Below, piece by piece: positions 32,495 through 42,617 of a DNA stretch of 64,000 bases. The first letter of the stretch is position 1; every line of letters starts with the position of its first letter. The position numbers and the translations under genes were made by a program. The DNA is taken from NCBI GenBank assembly GCA_008632985.1, contig QPGO01000115.1:1-64000 (forward strand), written 5' to 3'. Below the pieces are notes generated by a model. It had not been told where the DNA came from. It was given only the letters and a program-made list of their open reading frames with translations, and did no database searches. Source of the DNA: Psammoneis japonica (lineage: Eukaryota).

Positions 32495-32950
32495 CTGCAC
32501 CTTGCAAAACTGGTGCACCTGCAATTTGTTGCATCACAGTTCAGGCAAGAGATCTGCAGCTGCCAGGTCACACCTTGCAAAGCTGGTGCACCTGCAACAC
32601 ATTGCATCACAGTTGAGGCACAAGACCAGTGGCCAAGGGTCAACCATTGGAAAGAAATTTCCGCAGCCATGTTGTGTCCATTTTAGCAGGTCACAAAAGA
32701 ACAACCGTTGGAAGCCACTGTTGCTCCCACTGACCCCAGCAGCGGACAAACCGGGAAGTGGCAAACCAGGAAGCAGCCAGGCAACAGGAATTGCCAGTGC
32801 GCCAGCGACATTGCAGGTTGCACCTTGCAAAGCTTGCACACCTGCAATCTGTTGCATCACAGTTGAGGAACAAGATCAGCAGCCAAGGAGCAACCATTGG
32901 AAATGACATCTGCACCCATGTTGTGTCCATTTTGGCAGGTTGCAAATTTG
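32495..32950. repeat. Imperfect direct repeats: three copies of about 60 bp (caccttgcaaa.ct.gtgcacctgcaa...ttgcatcacagtt), two with a 60-bp extension
   Basis: Copies near 32498, 32571 and 32821. Confidence 0.75.
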
Positions 32951-34483
32951 CAACTGTTGCAAAGACATGCACATCACACCAGCAGTGGTTGATGATTGGT
33001 TTGGCTGTTGGCCAAATCAAAAAAGAGCTGCATGACAAGTGGCTGCTTGGTGTCCTGCCCATTGGCTTCAAACCAGTGCACGGCTCTTCACAGGTTTGGG
33101 GGGTGCAAATCATGCATTTCACAATGAATGCAGTCTGGCAGCTCAACACTCAACACGTTGATGATGCCCAAGGTGTCCATGCAAAAGAGAAATGGAATTG
33201 CAGCAGAGAGAGAGAAACAGATCTGCTTGTTGGTCAGACCCATTTCTTCTCCAACCTCTCCAATCAAAACCAGATGATCACAAATGGCAGGCATCATGCA
33301 GGGAGCTTCACCACAACCACGACAATGCACCCAGGGCATGATGCTGCCCTTTGTTGCCTTCACTGCAGTGTTGGCATCTTTGTCACTGTCCACAACTGTG
33401 GTGACACCATTGTTGGCAGGGACAAATGACACACTCGGAATGGACGCTTTGGAGCCGCTGTCAAATGCATCCCAGAATGATGCCACAACAGCAGCTTCAG
33501 ACATCAAAAAACAAGAAAAGCAGCCTGCAATTGGCGCAGCAATGACAGAGAAAATGGCAGAACTGCACTCAGCAGCAATCACAAAAGGATGCTTGCCCAC
33601 ACACGTCATCGTGCATGTTCTTCTGCTCATGTTCACTGTCTGTGTCAACAGTGCTCAATGCTTGATGCAAAAGCAGAAGAGCAGTGCAAACAATGCTTTT
33701 GACAACAAATGACAAGATGTCACACTGCTCTTCCAACGCTGGTTTTTCCCATGAAAATGACAACAAGACAATCTTCATTTTAAGAATTGTGGCAAATTTG
33801 CGGCCTGCATGTGGGTCACAAAAATTTGAGGACAAGAATTTTGCGGCCCAGATGTGGGCCACAAAATCATGCATCAAGCATCTGATGCAATTGTCATTGA
33901 GGATGGATCTGCATGCTGTGGTCTGTCTTTTGGGAGCTCACAATTTTCACAAAAACAACCCGGATGCATCGCAGCAAATGCGTGCACACATTCGCAAAAA
34001 AATGTTCAGCAATGGGCTGAACTTTGTCCGTTCGCCAAACACCACAGAATGCTTGAACAACAGGCATGACCACATGCGCAACTTTTGCCTCATCAACTGC
34101 AGACATCATGTCCGCAGCCAGTCAAGCGCCACTTCTTGTCGGCATTTCCTGGAAAGTTGCGGCTTGTCTCCCACAAGAAGCCCGATTTTGGCAACAATTG
34201 GCGGGTTTTTCGACCTGACAACAGGGCACAGGTCAACAAGTGGCATTTGAAGCACCAATTGTGCTGCTCTTAAAGCCGTCTAACGTGGTCTAACAGCCCT
34301 TGTGAGGGTTTGACGAACGCACAAGTGGTGTCGTGCGTGCGTGCTCGCTCTACATCTAAAATTCCACCGTCTTTCCGTGTCTCCTTCCCAGTAGCTAGAG
34401 TAGAGTAGAGTAGTACCGGTAGAGTAGAGAGGGCCTCTTGGTACGGTAGTAGCAAGAGTACACACAAGAACCTCCATAGCACC

Positions 34484-35239
34484 ATGACATTCGCAGGCCA
34501 CGCAATTCCCGCCGCCTTCTTTCTTGGCTTCGGAGTCTACCTCCTGTGTCTTACTCTCCACCGCGCAAGACACCAGAGTGGTTCGATCGCTCGTTTTATA
34601 CCCGAAAGAGACGTCAAAATACTACGCAACAATGGCGTTTTGATTATTGTAGCGACTCTCTTGGGCATGACATATGAAGCCGGTGCTGGTATTCGCATAA
34701 ATCAACCACTCCGACATATTCTTCACTTGACGCTATACTTTGCGTTTGCTGTTGTGGCGGTGGTGTTACTGCTGGAGTCACGTAGACGACTGCCTCCAGA
34801 CTCGCATCGTATTGCTCTTGTCTTGGCCTTTGCGGTGGAGTATATTCTTTGGACCGAACACGCATCCATGAAGAGCGGTGTTGAAGAGAGAACGCACTTG
34901 ATTATGGGACAGATTTGTGCCGTTGCGGCCTTGACCATGATCTTTTCGATATGTGTGCCGTCCAATGTTATTGCCTTTGTGGCGGGGTGGGCACTCATGG
35001 TTGTGCAGGCTGCCTGGCTCTTTACTTTGGGCATTTGCGACATGGGAAATTGCTTTCGAATGGATAGGGTTGGATCATATTTTTGCCTAGAAGTGCTGAT
35101 TATCACCATGATTCTTGTTGTAGTGACGGCATGTGTCTACAAGGGCGAAGACGAAACACAGAACCATGCTATTGGGAAAGCAACCTCCAAGTCGACGAGA
35201 GAGGAAGAGTATCAAAGTTTGGCACTTTCTGAAGATTGA
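34484..35239 (+). CDS. TMEM45/DUF716-like multi-pass membrane protein
   Basis: MTFAGHAIPAAFFLGFG start, several TM helices, conserved His residues. Confidence 0.75.
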   Translation: MTFAGHAIPAAFFLGFGVYLLCLTLHRARHQSGSIARFIPERDVKILRNNGVLIIVATLLGMTYEAGAGIRINQPLRHILHLTLYFAFAVVAVVLLLESRRRLPPDSHRIALVLAFAVEYILWTEHASMKSGVEERTHLIMGQICAVAALTMIFSICVPSNVIAFVAGWALMVVQAAWLFTLGICDMGNCFRMDRVGSYFCLEVLIITMILVVVTACVYKGEDETQNHAIGKATSKSTREEEYQSLALSED

Positions 35240-35560
35240 CTAAATCAAGACAAAAACAAACAGCTGGCATTCAACACGACAAACTGATATCAGTAGATGC
35301 AGGCGCAAAAAAAAAGAGTTGAATGTTCCGGTGTACGAAATTAAGGCCGACAGGGTACGATGCGGTCCTGTTGTGCTACAATCGATTGGTCTAGCAGGCA
35401 TACTGCTGTACTATGTGCAGCGGCCAAAAAATGTGAGACAGGATCAAATCGAACAACTGTGACAGAAATGGACTCGATCTCTTGGTTTGACGGTAGGTTT
35501 TTAATAGAAATGATGCGACAACAGGTCTTCGGATAATTCTGTTTATTTACAACTTTATTT

Positions 35561-36800
35561 CTAGTGTTTGTAGCTTGGCGCCGAACTACAGTATCGGCTG
35601 CTTTCTTCGGCGCTCTCCTGACCTTCGAGATCCACATCTTGTGACGTGTTAGAAAGGTTTCCACTTTGTTTTTCATAATCTGAGACTGCTGCAGCGTCCA
35701 ATTCATGTAAGCAAGCAACAGCGTCGTGTGATCTCAAAAATCTCCAAGGGATTGCGCTACTTGTAGTCCACTCGATCGAAACCGTTGCATAACCGTGACG
35801 CTTGGATTGCAAAAGCAGAGTTGAATTGATTGCTCCTTGTAGAATTCCAGCATATCCATGAGCACATGCAAGCCGCTTGTGTCGACATGTGGCACAGGAC
35901 TCAAGTCAAGAATCACAAACTTGACACTGACACCCTTGCCCTCCTCCGCCAGCAACTTTTCGGACGCCGCTTCGCATTTTTTCAGCTTTTCCCGAACATT
36001 TTGTGTGTCCAAAAAGTGGATCAAAGCATCAATGTGAACCATGACAATCCCGTTGTAATGTTCTGCTTCTGGATGCTGTTTGACGTTGCGACACACAGCA
36101 GCCCCTGGCAACCGTCCCAACACTGCCGTGTGTGGACAAGCCGACTCGCAAATCACCAACAAGAGCAACAAGCAACACAATGACCGCAACAGCCAACCCA
36201 ATCTCGACGCCCAAAAACATGGCACCAAGACAGGCAACCAGCCAAATGAAAAAGTCAAATTTGTGAACTTTCCACAAGTGCATGGCCCCCTCACAATCCA
36301 AGAGTCCAATGACTCCGAAAATGACAATGGCGGCCAAGACGCAGAGCGGCGGGTGCTCAAAGATGGGAGTCAAAAACAACAAGACAAGTCCCACAAGACA
36401 TGCCATCACAATGCCACTGAAACCACTCTGGGTGTTGCTTTCGTTGTTGACAGCACTCTGGCTCTGAAGCTCCCGGTCACACTGGCTGGGTGTGCTTGAA
36501 ACATGGCGCCAAAGAAGTTTGCCACACGACTGAGTCCAATCAATTCAAGTGAACTGTCCAACTCATGTTTGTGTTTGGCCACCAACTGTTTTGCCATTGC
36601 AATGCTTTCCACATGCCCAAGAGAATTGCAATGGTGACCACAACCATCATGAGTGATCCAAAATCATTGATTGGCATCCAAAGTTGGCAGCAAAGTTGGG
36701 CAGTCCCAAGGGAATGTCACCAACAATGAGAATGCCCTTGTCCTCAACATCACTGGCCCAAGCAACATTCATTGATAGAACCGTGACTGTTGATGGCCCG
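35561..36800 (-). pseudogene. SulP/SLC26 sulfate transporter (STAS) pseudogene, 5'-truncated, frameshifted and TA-converted
   Basis: ELDSSLELIGL..ANFFG, VTGSF, VLAAIVI.GVIGLLD, LGVEIGLA, LGRLPG, VILDLSPVPHVDTSGL. Confidence 0.85.
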
Positions 36801-38440
36801 ACATGAGGCAAATGCAGGCCTGTGGTTCTGATGCTGGTGGTGGCAGCATGCACTGAGCTCTTCCTGCACCGCTTCCCAGTTTCCAGGGGTTCACCCAGAT
36901 CTTGAAGAGTCAGCCCAGCTCACAGCATGAGTCACCCTCCTTCTTGCTGCCACAGCAAAGCTTTGTCGCACCATCTGGAGAGCACAGGGAAGCTGGCAGG
37001 ACTGCTCAAACCCACACATCACACAACCAAGAGTGCCAGCAGGAAGGGGTTGCCACTGTCACAAAATCCCAGGCCAAAGCTGGAGATGGAAGGAGCTCCT
37101 GTTGGCACCACATGTTGCTGCAGCTGAAAAATGGTGTGTGAGCCTGCTCTCACCACTGATGCTGCAAAGATCCCAAGCCAAAGCTGGAGATGGCAGGAAC
37201 TCCGGCTGGCACCCCATGCTGCAGCAGCTGAAAAATGGTGTGTGAGCCTGCTCAAGCTTGTTTGCCAGACTGTGTGGGGCTGCTCCCTTTGAATGATGAG
37301 CACAAAAATGCTCTTAAATGGGCCATTCATTTCTTTCATGTCCAATGTCACCTCTGCCCATCGCCAGCATGCGTGCATTTGCATGAGATGCTTGCCCTCT
37401 TTTTGCCTCAGCCAGCAGCACACCTGCATGAAGCCACAGGGCTGAGTTGGCTCTGTCAACTGCTTGATGGAGATGCAGAGAAATGGTTGTTGCATGGTGA
37501 CAGCAAGCTTGAGAGGCTTTCCCCCATTGTTGACATGGCAGGAGAGCACCCACTTTTGCCAGCCAATGCACGATGTGTGAAACAAAAGTGCATGCTCCCA
37601 AACAACAGCCCATCATTGGAGATGCTTTCCACAGTGCACTGAGCTTGACTTGTGATGTGTCAACAGCAGCAGCAAAAAAAGAGTGGGGAACTCCAGGGCA
37701 TGTTGCCAGCAGCAGCAACAGACCACAGGCCCAGACAAGCATGAAAGTTCATGATCGTGCACCCGGCCAAGATGGTGGCACATTGGGCACACCATGCAAT
37801 TGTGGGTGGGGAGCATGACTCCATTTGCAAGTCAAGTGGTGTGCTCCCAAAGTGTGTGTGATCTGTGAGCAGTTGGGAGAAGCCTCCCTCAGCAAAGAGG
37901 GCAGCATTTTGGAGGTTGGAGGCACAGCCACCCTGGGCAACAAAGAGCCAACAAAATTCTGGCCCTGTTTGTGTGGTTGAAAGCAAAAAAGGTTTTGCCA
38001 AGGTTGGGTCTAAGAGCCATTGAGCATGCACCAGCTGTGACCACTCTCCTCTGCATGCATGGTGCTGCAGCAACACCTCTCGCTCTTTTCTCAAAAGCTT
38101 GCTCACCAGCACATGGTCCGAAGCAAGCAGCCACAAAACTGCAAAAGTTCTTCTTCTTCTCCCTGGCCCTTCCCAAAGAATGCAGCGTTTGAGTCAATGT
38201 GTGGTGCAGCTTGAGCAGCCAAGCCACACTGCAGGAGGAGAGCACTGGGGGCAGAGAGGGGAGCCGGCAGCTGGTGCCCTGGCTTGGCTCAAAGCAACTT
38301 TGGGGTGCTCAGCATGGGTGGCACACACCACTCCATGTCACATGTTCGCCCTGCAGCTGCAATGTGCACCCACCTTTCGTGCCTGCAACCACCCCAGATG
38401 ACAAAGAAGAAGCCAACAAATCTCTGGCCCTGCTCAGGGA
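35860..38440. other. TpA-depleted block 3
   Basis: Near absence of TA. Confidence 0.9.
37068..37253. repeat. Two direct repeats of about 82 bp with about 104-bp period
   Basis: gccaaagctggagatgg...gcagctgaaaaatggtgtgtgagcctgctc occurs twice. Confidence 0.85.
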
Positions 38441-38693
38441 CATAAATGTCGTCGAATCCCCTCCTTTTTTCCCTTTTCCTTTAGTCCGGCCAGAATGTGA
38501 AAAGCTCCAAAATTCCGTCTTTCCGTGTCTCCTTCCCCGTTCGCGGTTTTCAGTTTTCACTTCTCTCGCACACGATCCATCGCAAAAAACTGCGTCCAAC
38601 ATTTATTGTTCATCAACCGAACGTTTCCAAAAGCGTTGTTGGCGGAGGTGTGTCCTTCTTTTGCCCACATGTTTCTTCTGCCTTTTGCACATA

Positions 38694-41144
38694 ATGAAAT
38701 TCGGGCCAAGTTTTCATCTAGTAGCCCTAGGTCTAGTAGCAGTGTTGGCGGTTTTCTTTTGGTCTTCAGGCGCGCATCAAAAGCATGGAGGAGCATTTCC
38801 AAAGAGAACAACCCATCACGTGGCTTCGGCTCATCAGGGCATTGACGATTTATTTCCTCGAGTTTACACAACAGAAGTCCCATTGGCTTTGTACTCAAAC
38901 GTCACATATGTTGTTGGGAGCTTGGATATTCTGAAAATTAGGCAGATCCGAGAACAACTCCTGATTACCTTTCTCGTTCATAGCCATCAGGAGCTGACTC
39001 GTACCGCCAATCTTCTGAACAGTGCCTCCCAACCAATTCGATATGATTTCGACGAAGAAGCTACTCGGAATATTCACGCTAAAATAAGACATGGAAGCTT
39101 GCAGCAGCCACGAACAATGACTGAAAACAGAGGTGGTCGAGAAACATACTCAACCATCGATGGCTTCCCGTGTTACCGCGATGTCGCAGGAATGGAGCAG
39201 TTCATCATTGATTTGGTGGATAAAGCGAAAGTGATACCAAACATGCTTGTAACACTTGCTGATATTGGTGACTCGTATCAGAAAACTCTAAACGAAAGCA
39301 ATGGATACGATATTTTTGCTCTAAACATAACTGGGAATGGCGTTCAAGCACGTGGCGCGACCACCGAGAAAGGCGTGATGCTGGTGTTGGCTGGCTTGCA
39401 TCCGAGAGAATATGCTCCACCTGAAGTAGGGGCTCGATTTGCCGAGTTGCTTATCAATGGGTATGGCAATGACGCAGATATCACGGCTCTTCTCGACCAT
39501 ACTGAAGTCCATTTGGTGCTTCAGTCCAATCCAGACGCAAGATTTGTCGCGGAGACATCGCCATTCTTGTGGCGCCGCAAAAACATGAATGGCGATGCAT
39601 CTATTTGCGGCGAAGCTAACTTTGGTGTAGATCTTAATCGAAACTTTCCATTCATGTGGGGCCTCGATATTGGTTCATCATCCTATCCCTGTTCTGGGCT
39701 ATACAGAGGAGTGGCACCGGCATCAGAACCGGAGGTGAAAGCAATTGTGGACTACGCTTCCGAAATATTTCCTTTGGAGCAGCGCAAGTCTGATCCAGTG
39801 GGACAAATCGATGAAGCCTATTCGGAGTCTATAAAGGGGATCTTTATTGACATTCATTCCTACGGCGAGTACGTTGTCTGGCCGTGGGCTCACAAAAACC
39901 GCCAGACAAGCAACCATCGCGACTTGATAAGCATTGTCGACAAACAGCTCTATTTCAATAAACATGACTTCTCAGGACCATCTGTGAACTTCCAGTTCAT
40001 TGCTTCCGGTGCGTCAGACGATTGGGCTTATGGTGCATTAGGAACCGCAGCTTTTACCTTTGAAGTTGGAACAAGATTCTATGAAGACTGTGGCTACTTT
40101 GAAGCCTCAATACTACCTGGTAACCTCCTCTCATTGCTTTATTCAGCAAAAATTTCCAAGGCTCCGTATCTTCAGTCCAAAGGGCCAGACGTGACTAGTG
40201 TAACCATCGTGCCGCAAGTAGTCGACACATCAATCGATTCAATTTTAACAGTCACGGCGATTGTTAGTGACAGCGCCTATTCAACGGCAGGCTTGAGCTC
40301 CTCGGGACAGACGATTTCATCTGTGCAATTGTTTATAGACAGACACCCGTACGACGTTGTTGACGGCAATCCTATTGCTGGACTCGAAATGAGCTGCGAT
40401 TGTGACAAGGTGACCGAGACTGTATCGTTGACACTTTCAATGGCCAGAGTTGCAAAAGAGCTCTCTTTCGAGTCACCTGGGCGGCATATGTTGTCCATTC
40501 AAGGGACAGATAGCAAGGGCTACACAGGTCCCGTCACCTCCGCCTTTTTTGAGATTGCTGGATCTGTTCCTAGCTTGTCGCCAACTGACGGTCCTTCCAT
40601 GCCTGCTGCCGCCATGCCCGGAGGTTCACCATCGAGCTTTCCTTCAACTCTCACAGTTTCCTCATCGACCTTTCCCTCCGTTGCTACATCGAGCTTGTCA
40701 CCAACTGACGATCCTTCCACGACTACGAACATACCCGGTGGTTCACCATCGAGTTTTCCTTCGACTCTCACATCGGCTTCCCCGTCTTCTATTTCCTCCG
40801 TTGCTATGTCCAGCTCGCCGCCAACGGGTGATCCTTCTTTTGGACCTACGCAAATTCCTGCGGCTTCACCGTCCAGTTCTCCTTCAACTCTCAAGTCAGG
40901 TTTCCCCTTCACAAGTCGTCCTTCCATTCCAATATCCGGCTTTTCTCCGAATGGCGATCCTTCTTTCTCGCCTACAGTCAAGCCGGCAAGTCCCTCCCCA
41001 AGCTCTCCAACTTTAACTACAACTTCACCACCAAGCTCCTTCCCCAGCCGAGCTGCTCCTTCGTCAGGACCATGCCGTCCGAACGTCAGGGTATCTGTTC
41101 CACTTTTCATGATGATCGTGACAAACCTCTGGATCTATTACTAG
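38694..41144 (+). CDS. M14 carboxypeptidase paralog 3 with S/P/T-rich stalk and hydrophobic C-terminus (possible GPI/TM anchor)
   Basis: Signal peptide MKFGPSFHLV; catalytic motifs; repeated PGGSPSSFPSTL; C-terminal VSVPLFMMIVTNLWIYY. Confidence 0.9.
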   Translation: MKFGPSFHLVALGLVAVLAVFFWSSGAHQKHGGAFPKRTTHHVASAHQGIDDLFPRVYTTEVPLALYSNVTYVVGSLDILKIRQIREQLLITFLVHSHQELTRTANLLNSASQPIRYDFDEEATRNIHAKIRHGSLQQPRTMTENRGGRETYSTIDGFPCYRDVAGMEQFIIDLVDKAKVIPNMLVTLADIGDSYQKTLNESNGYDIFALNITGNGVQARGATTEKGVMLVLAGLHPREYAPPEVGARFAELLINGYGNDADITALLDHTEVHLVLQSNPDARFVAETSPFLWRRKNMNGDASICGEANFGVDLNRNFPFMWGLDIGSSSYPCSGLYRGVAPASEPEVKAIVDYASEIFPLEQRKSDPVGQIDEAYSESIKGIFIDIHSYGEYVVWPWAHKNRQTSNHRDLISIVDKQLYFNKHDFSGPSVNFQFIASGASDDWAYGALGTAAFTFEVGTRFYEDCGYFEASILPGNLLSLLYSAKISKAPYLQSKGPDVTSVTIVPQVVDTSIDSILTVTAIVSDSAYSTAGLSSSGQTISSVQLFIDRHPYDVVDGNPIAGLEMSCDCDKVTETVSLTLSMARVAKELSFESPGRHMLSIQGTDSKGYTGPVTSAFFEIAGSVPSLSPTDGPSMPAAAMPGGSPSSFPSTLTVSSSTFPSVATSSLSPTDDPSTTTNIPGGSPSSFPSTLTSASPSSISSVAMSSSPPTGDPSFGPTQIPAASPSSSPSTLKSGFPFTSRPSIPISGFSPNGDPSFSPTVKPASPSPSSPTLTTTSPPSSFPSRAAPSSGPCRPNVRVSVPLFMMIVTNLWIYY

Positions 41145-41501
41145 ACAGAGATCAGTAATTAGCTACCTCCAACTAGGACTACTCCCTATACTCTAGAGAG
41201 TATACTATACCTTTCTTTGACTGTACGTAGGCAAAGACAAGATGAAGAGGGATAGTAACTACTCTCTACTTCATAACCTTACTGTAGCGAGAGTATGAAG
41301 GGTAAAACCAAAAACGGCACCACTTGCACTCATCAGCTCGTTCGCGCGATCTGACGTCACAGCCGTGACGGACCGTTTTTCGCTCACATTTTTGCCCCGA
41401 GCGCGTTGAAAGAACAGAAGCCGGCCGCAACTGAAGATTTCAATGACCTGGTTCGCATCAAAAATCCATCGTCGTTCTAACATCATCTTCTGCAAAGCAC
41501 A

Positions 41502-42371
41502 ATGAAAGTCGACGTAGGCAACTCTTTTTCTACCCCACCTTGGAACCTCTTAGTCGGGTCTATTGACTCAGCTAGCATGGAGCAGGGCTGGGAAAGGGTG
41601 ATGAAGGAATGTGTACGTCCAGTCGTTTTCTTCTACATCCCCATGATTCTTGCCTGTTACGGCTTGACAGTGATGTTGATGAAGCGGACAAAGCCCGAGT
41701 GGACTGGAATCAAACTACAAAAGCTTGCTGGGCAGCTATCCATGTATCCTCCCTTCCTTGTGTTGATCTTCACTTCGCATGCAACCATGCTAGATCGTCG
41801 CTTCTGGACACTTGATTACGAAGAAAGAACCTACAAATCAACCTACATGTGTGATGTGTTTTGCAATTTTTATGTTGCAACTAACATTGTTCAGACGATT
41901 GGTCAAATCCAAACAGAAAAGCCTCCGTTGCTGTACCAACTATTGGCCCATCATGTGGTTTCCATCACGTGTCACGTTGGAGGTTTTTACTTTGACAGGT
42001 TCCGTTGGTGGACTGCTTTTGCTGGCTGCTGCGAAATTACAAATCTCTTTTTGGTTCCCGTGTTTGCCTGTAAAGAGTACTTCCCAGAATGGCGCAAGCA
42101 TACGTGGTACTTGTGGAATAGCAGGTTGCTGTGGTTGACCTTTGTCACGCACAGACTTATTCTTTTCCCTTGCTGGCTGACTCTTTGGATCTGGGACCGA
42201 TGGCAGGCTGCAGCAGCCGAGGGTGCGGATATTCATTTGGTCGAGGCTCTCCTTTATCCCAGTACTATCTTTGGCCTGTTGGTTCTTTCGACGATTTGGT
42301 TCCTCACAATTGACCGCGGACTCAAGAAACAAGTCGTTGCGTACATGCAAGCAAAGAAGAAGAACGAATGA
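41502..42371 (+). CDS. TLC (TRAM/LAG1/CLN8) domain membrane protein
   Basis: LLAHHVVS, CEITNLFL and TFVTHRL motifs with TM helices. Confidence 0.75.
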   Translation: MKVDVGNSFSTPPWNLLVGSIDSASMEQGWERVMKECVRPVVFFYIPMILACYGLTVMLMKRTKPEWTGIKLQKLAGQLSMYPPFLVLIFTSHATMLDRRFWTLDYEERTYKSTYMCDVFCNFYVATNIVQTIGQIQTEKPPLLYQLLAHHVVSITCHVGGFYFDRFRWWTAFAGCCEITNLFLVPVFACKEYFPEWRKHTWYLWNSRLLWLTFVTHRLILFPCWLTLWIWDRWQAAAAEGADIHLVEALLYPSTIFGLLVLSTIWFLTIDRGLKKQVVAYMQAKKKNE

Positions 42372-42617
42372 GTATCATCGGCCATCAACATGGCCTTTCT
42401 TAGACACCACAGCTGGTACGAGCAAAAGACCGGCTGCCGACATGCTGTTTTCACTTGACGCGTTCATTGTTATATTAAGATCACCTTATTGCTAGGCGTA
42501 CTTGAATGCAAGTACCACACCACATTTGAAAGGATCCATCGCAGTCGCTAGATCAATACGCATGACTTTCTAAAGAATTATTTACATGTCGTTTCTAAAT
42601 TTTGTTTATCTAAGGCT

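Larger units (their letters stand above)
27030..34270. other. TpA-depleted block 2 (transposon debris)
   Basis: Near absence of TA. Confidence 0.9.

Noticed and set aside
32495..32950. CRISPR-like array (also 37068-37253 and 61490-62000)
   Set aside because: Repeats are long, imperfect and few, without regular unique spacers or cas genes; eukaryotic context
38199..38693. 165-aa N-terminal extension of the 981-aa ORF
   Set aside because: Reads through TA-depleted repeat and promoter; the signal peptide and paralog 2 place the start at 38694
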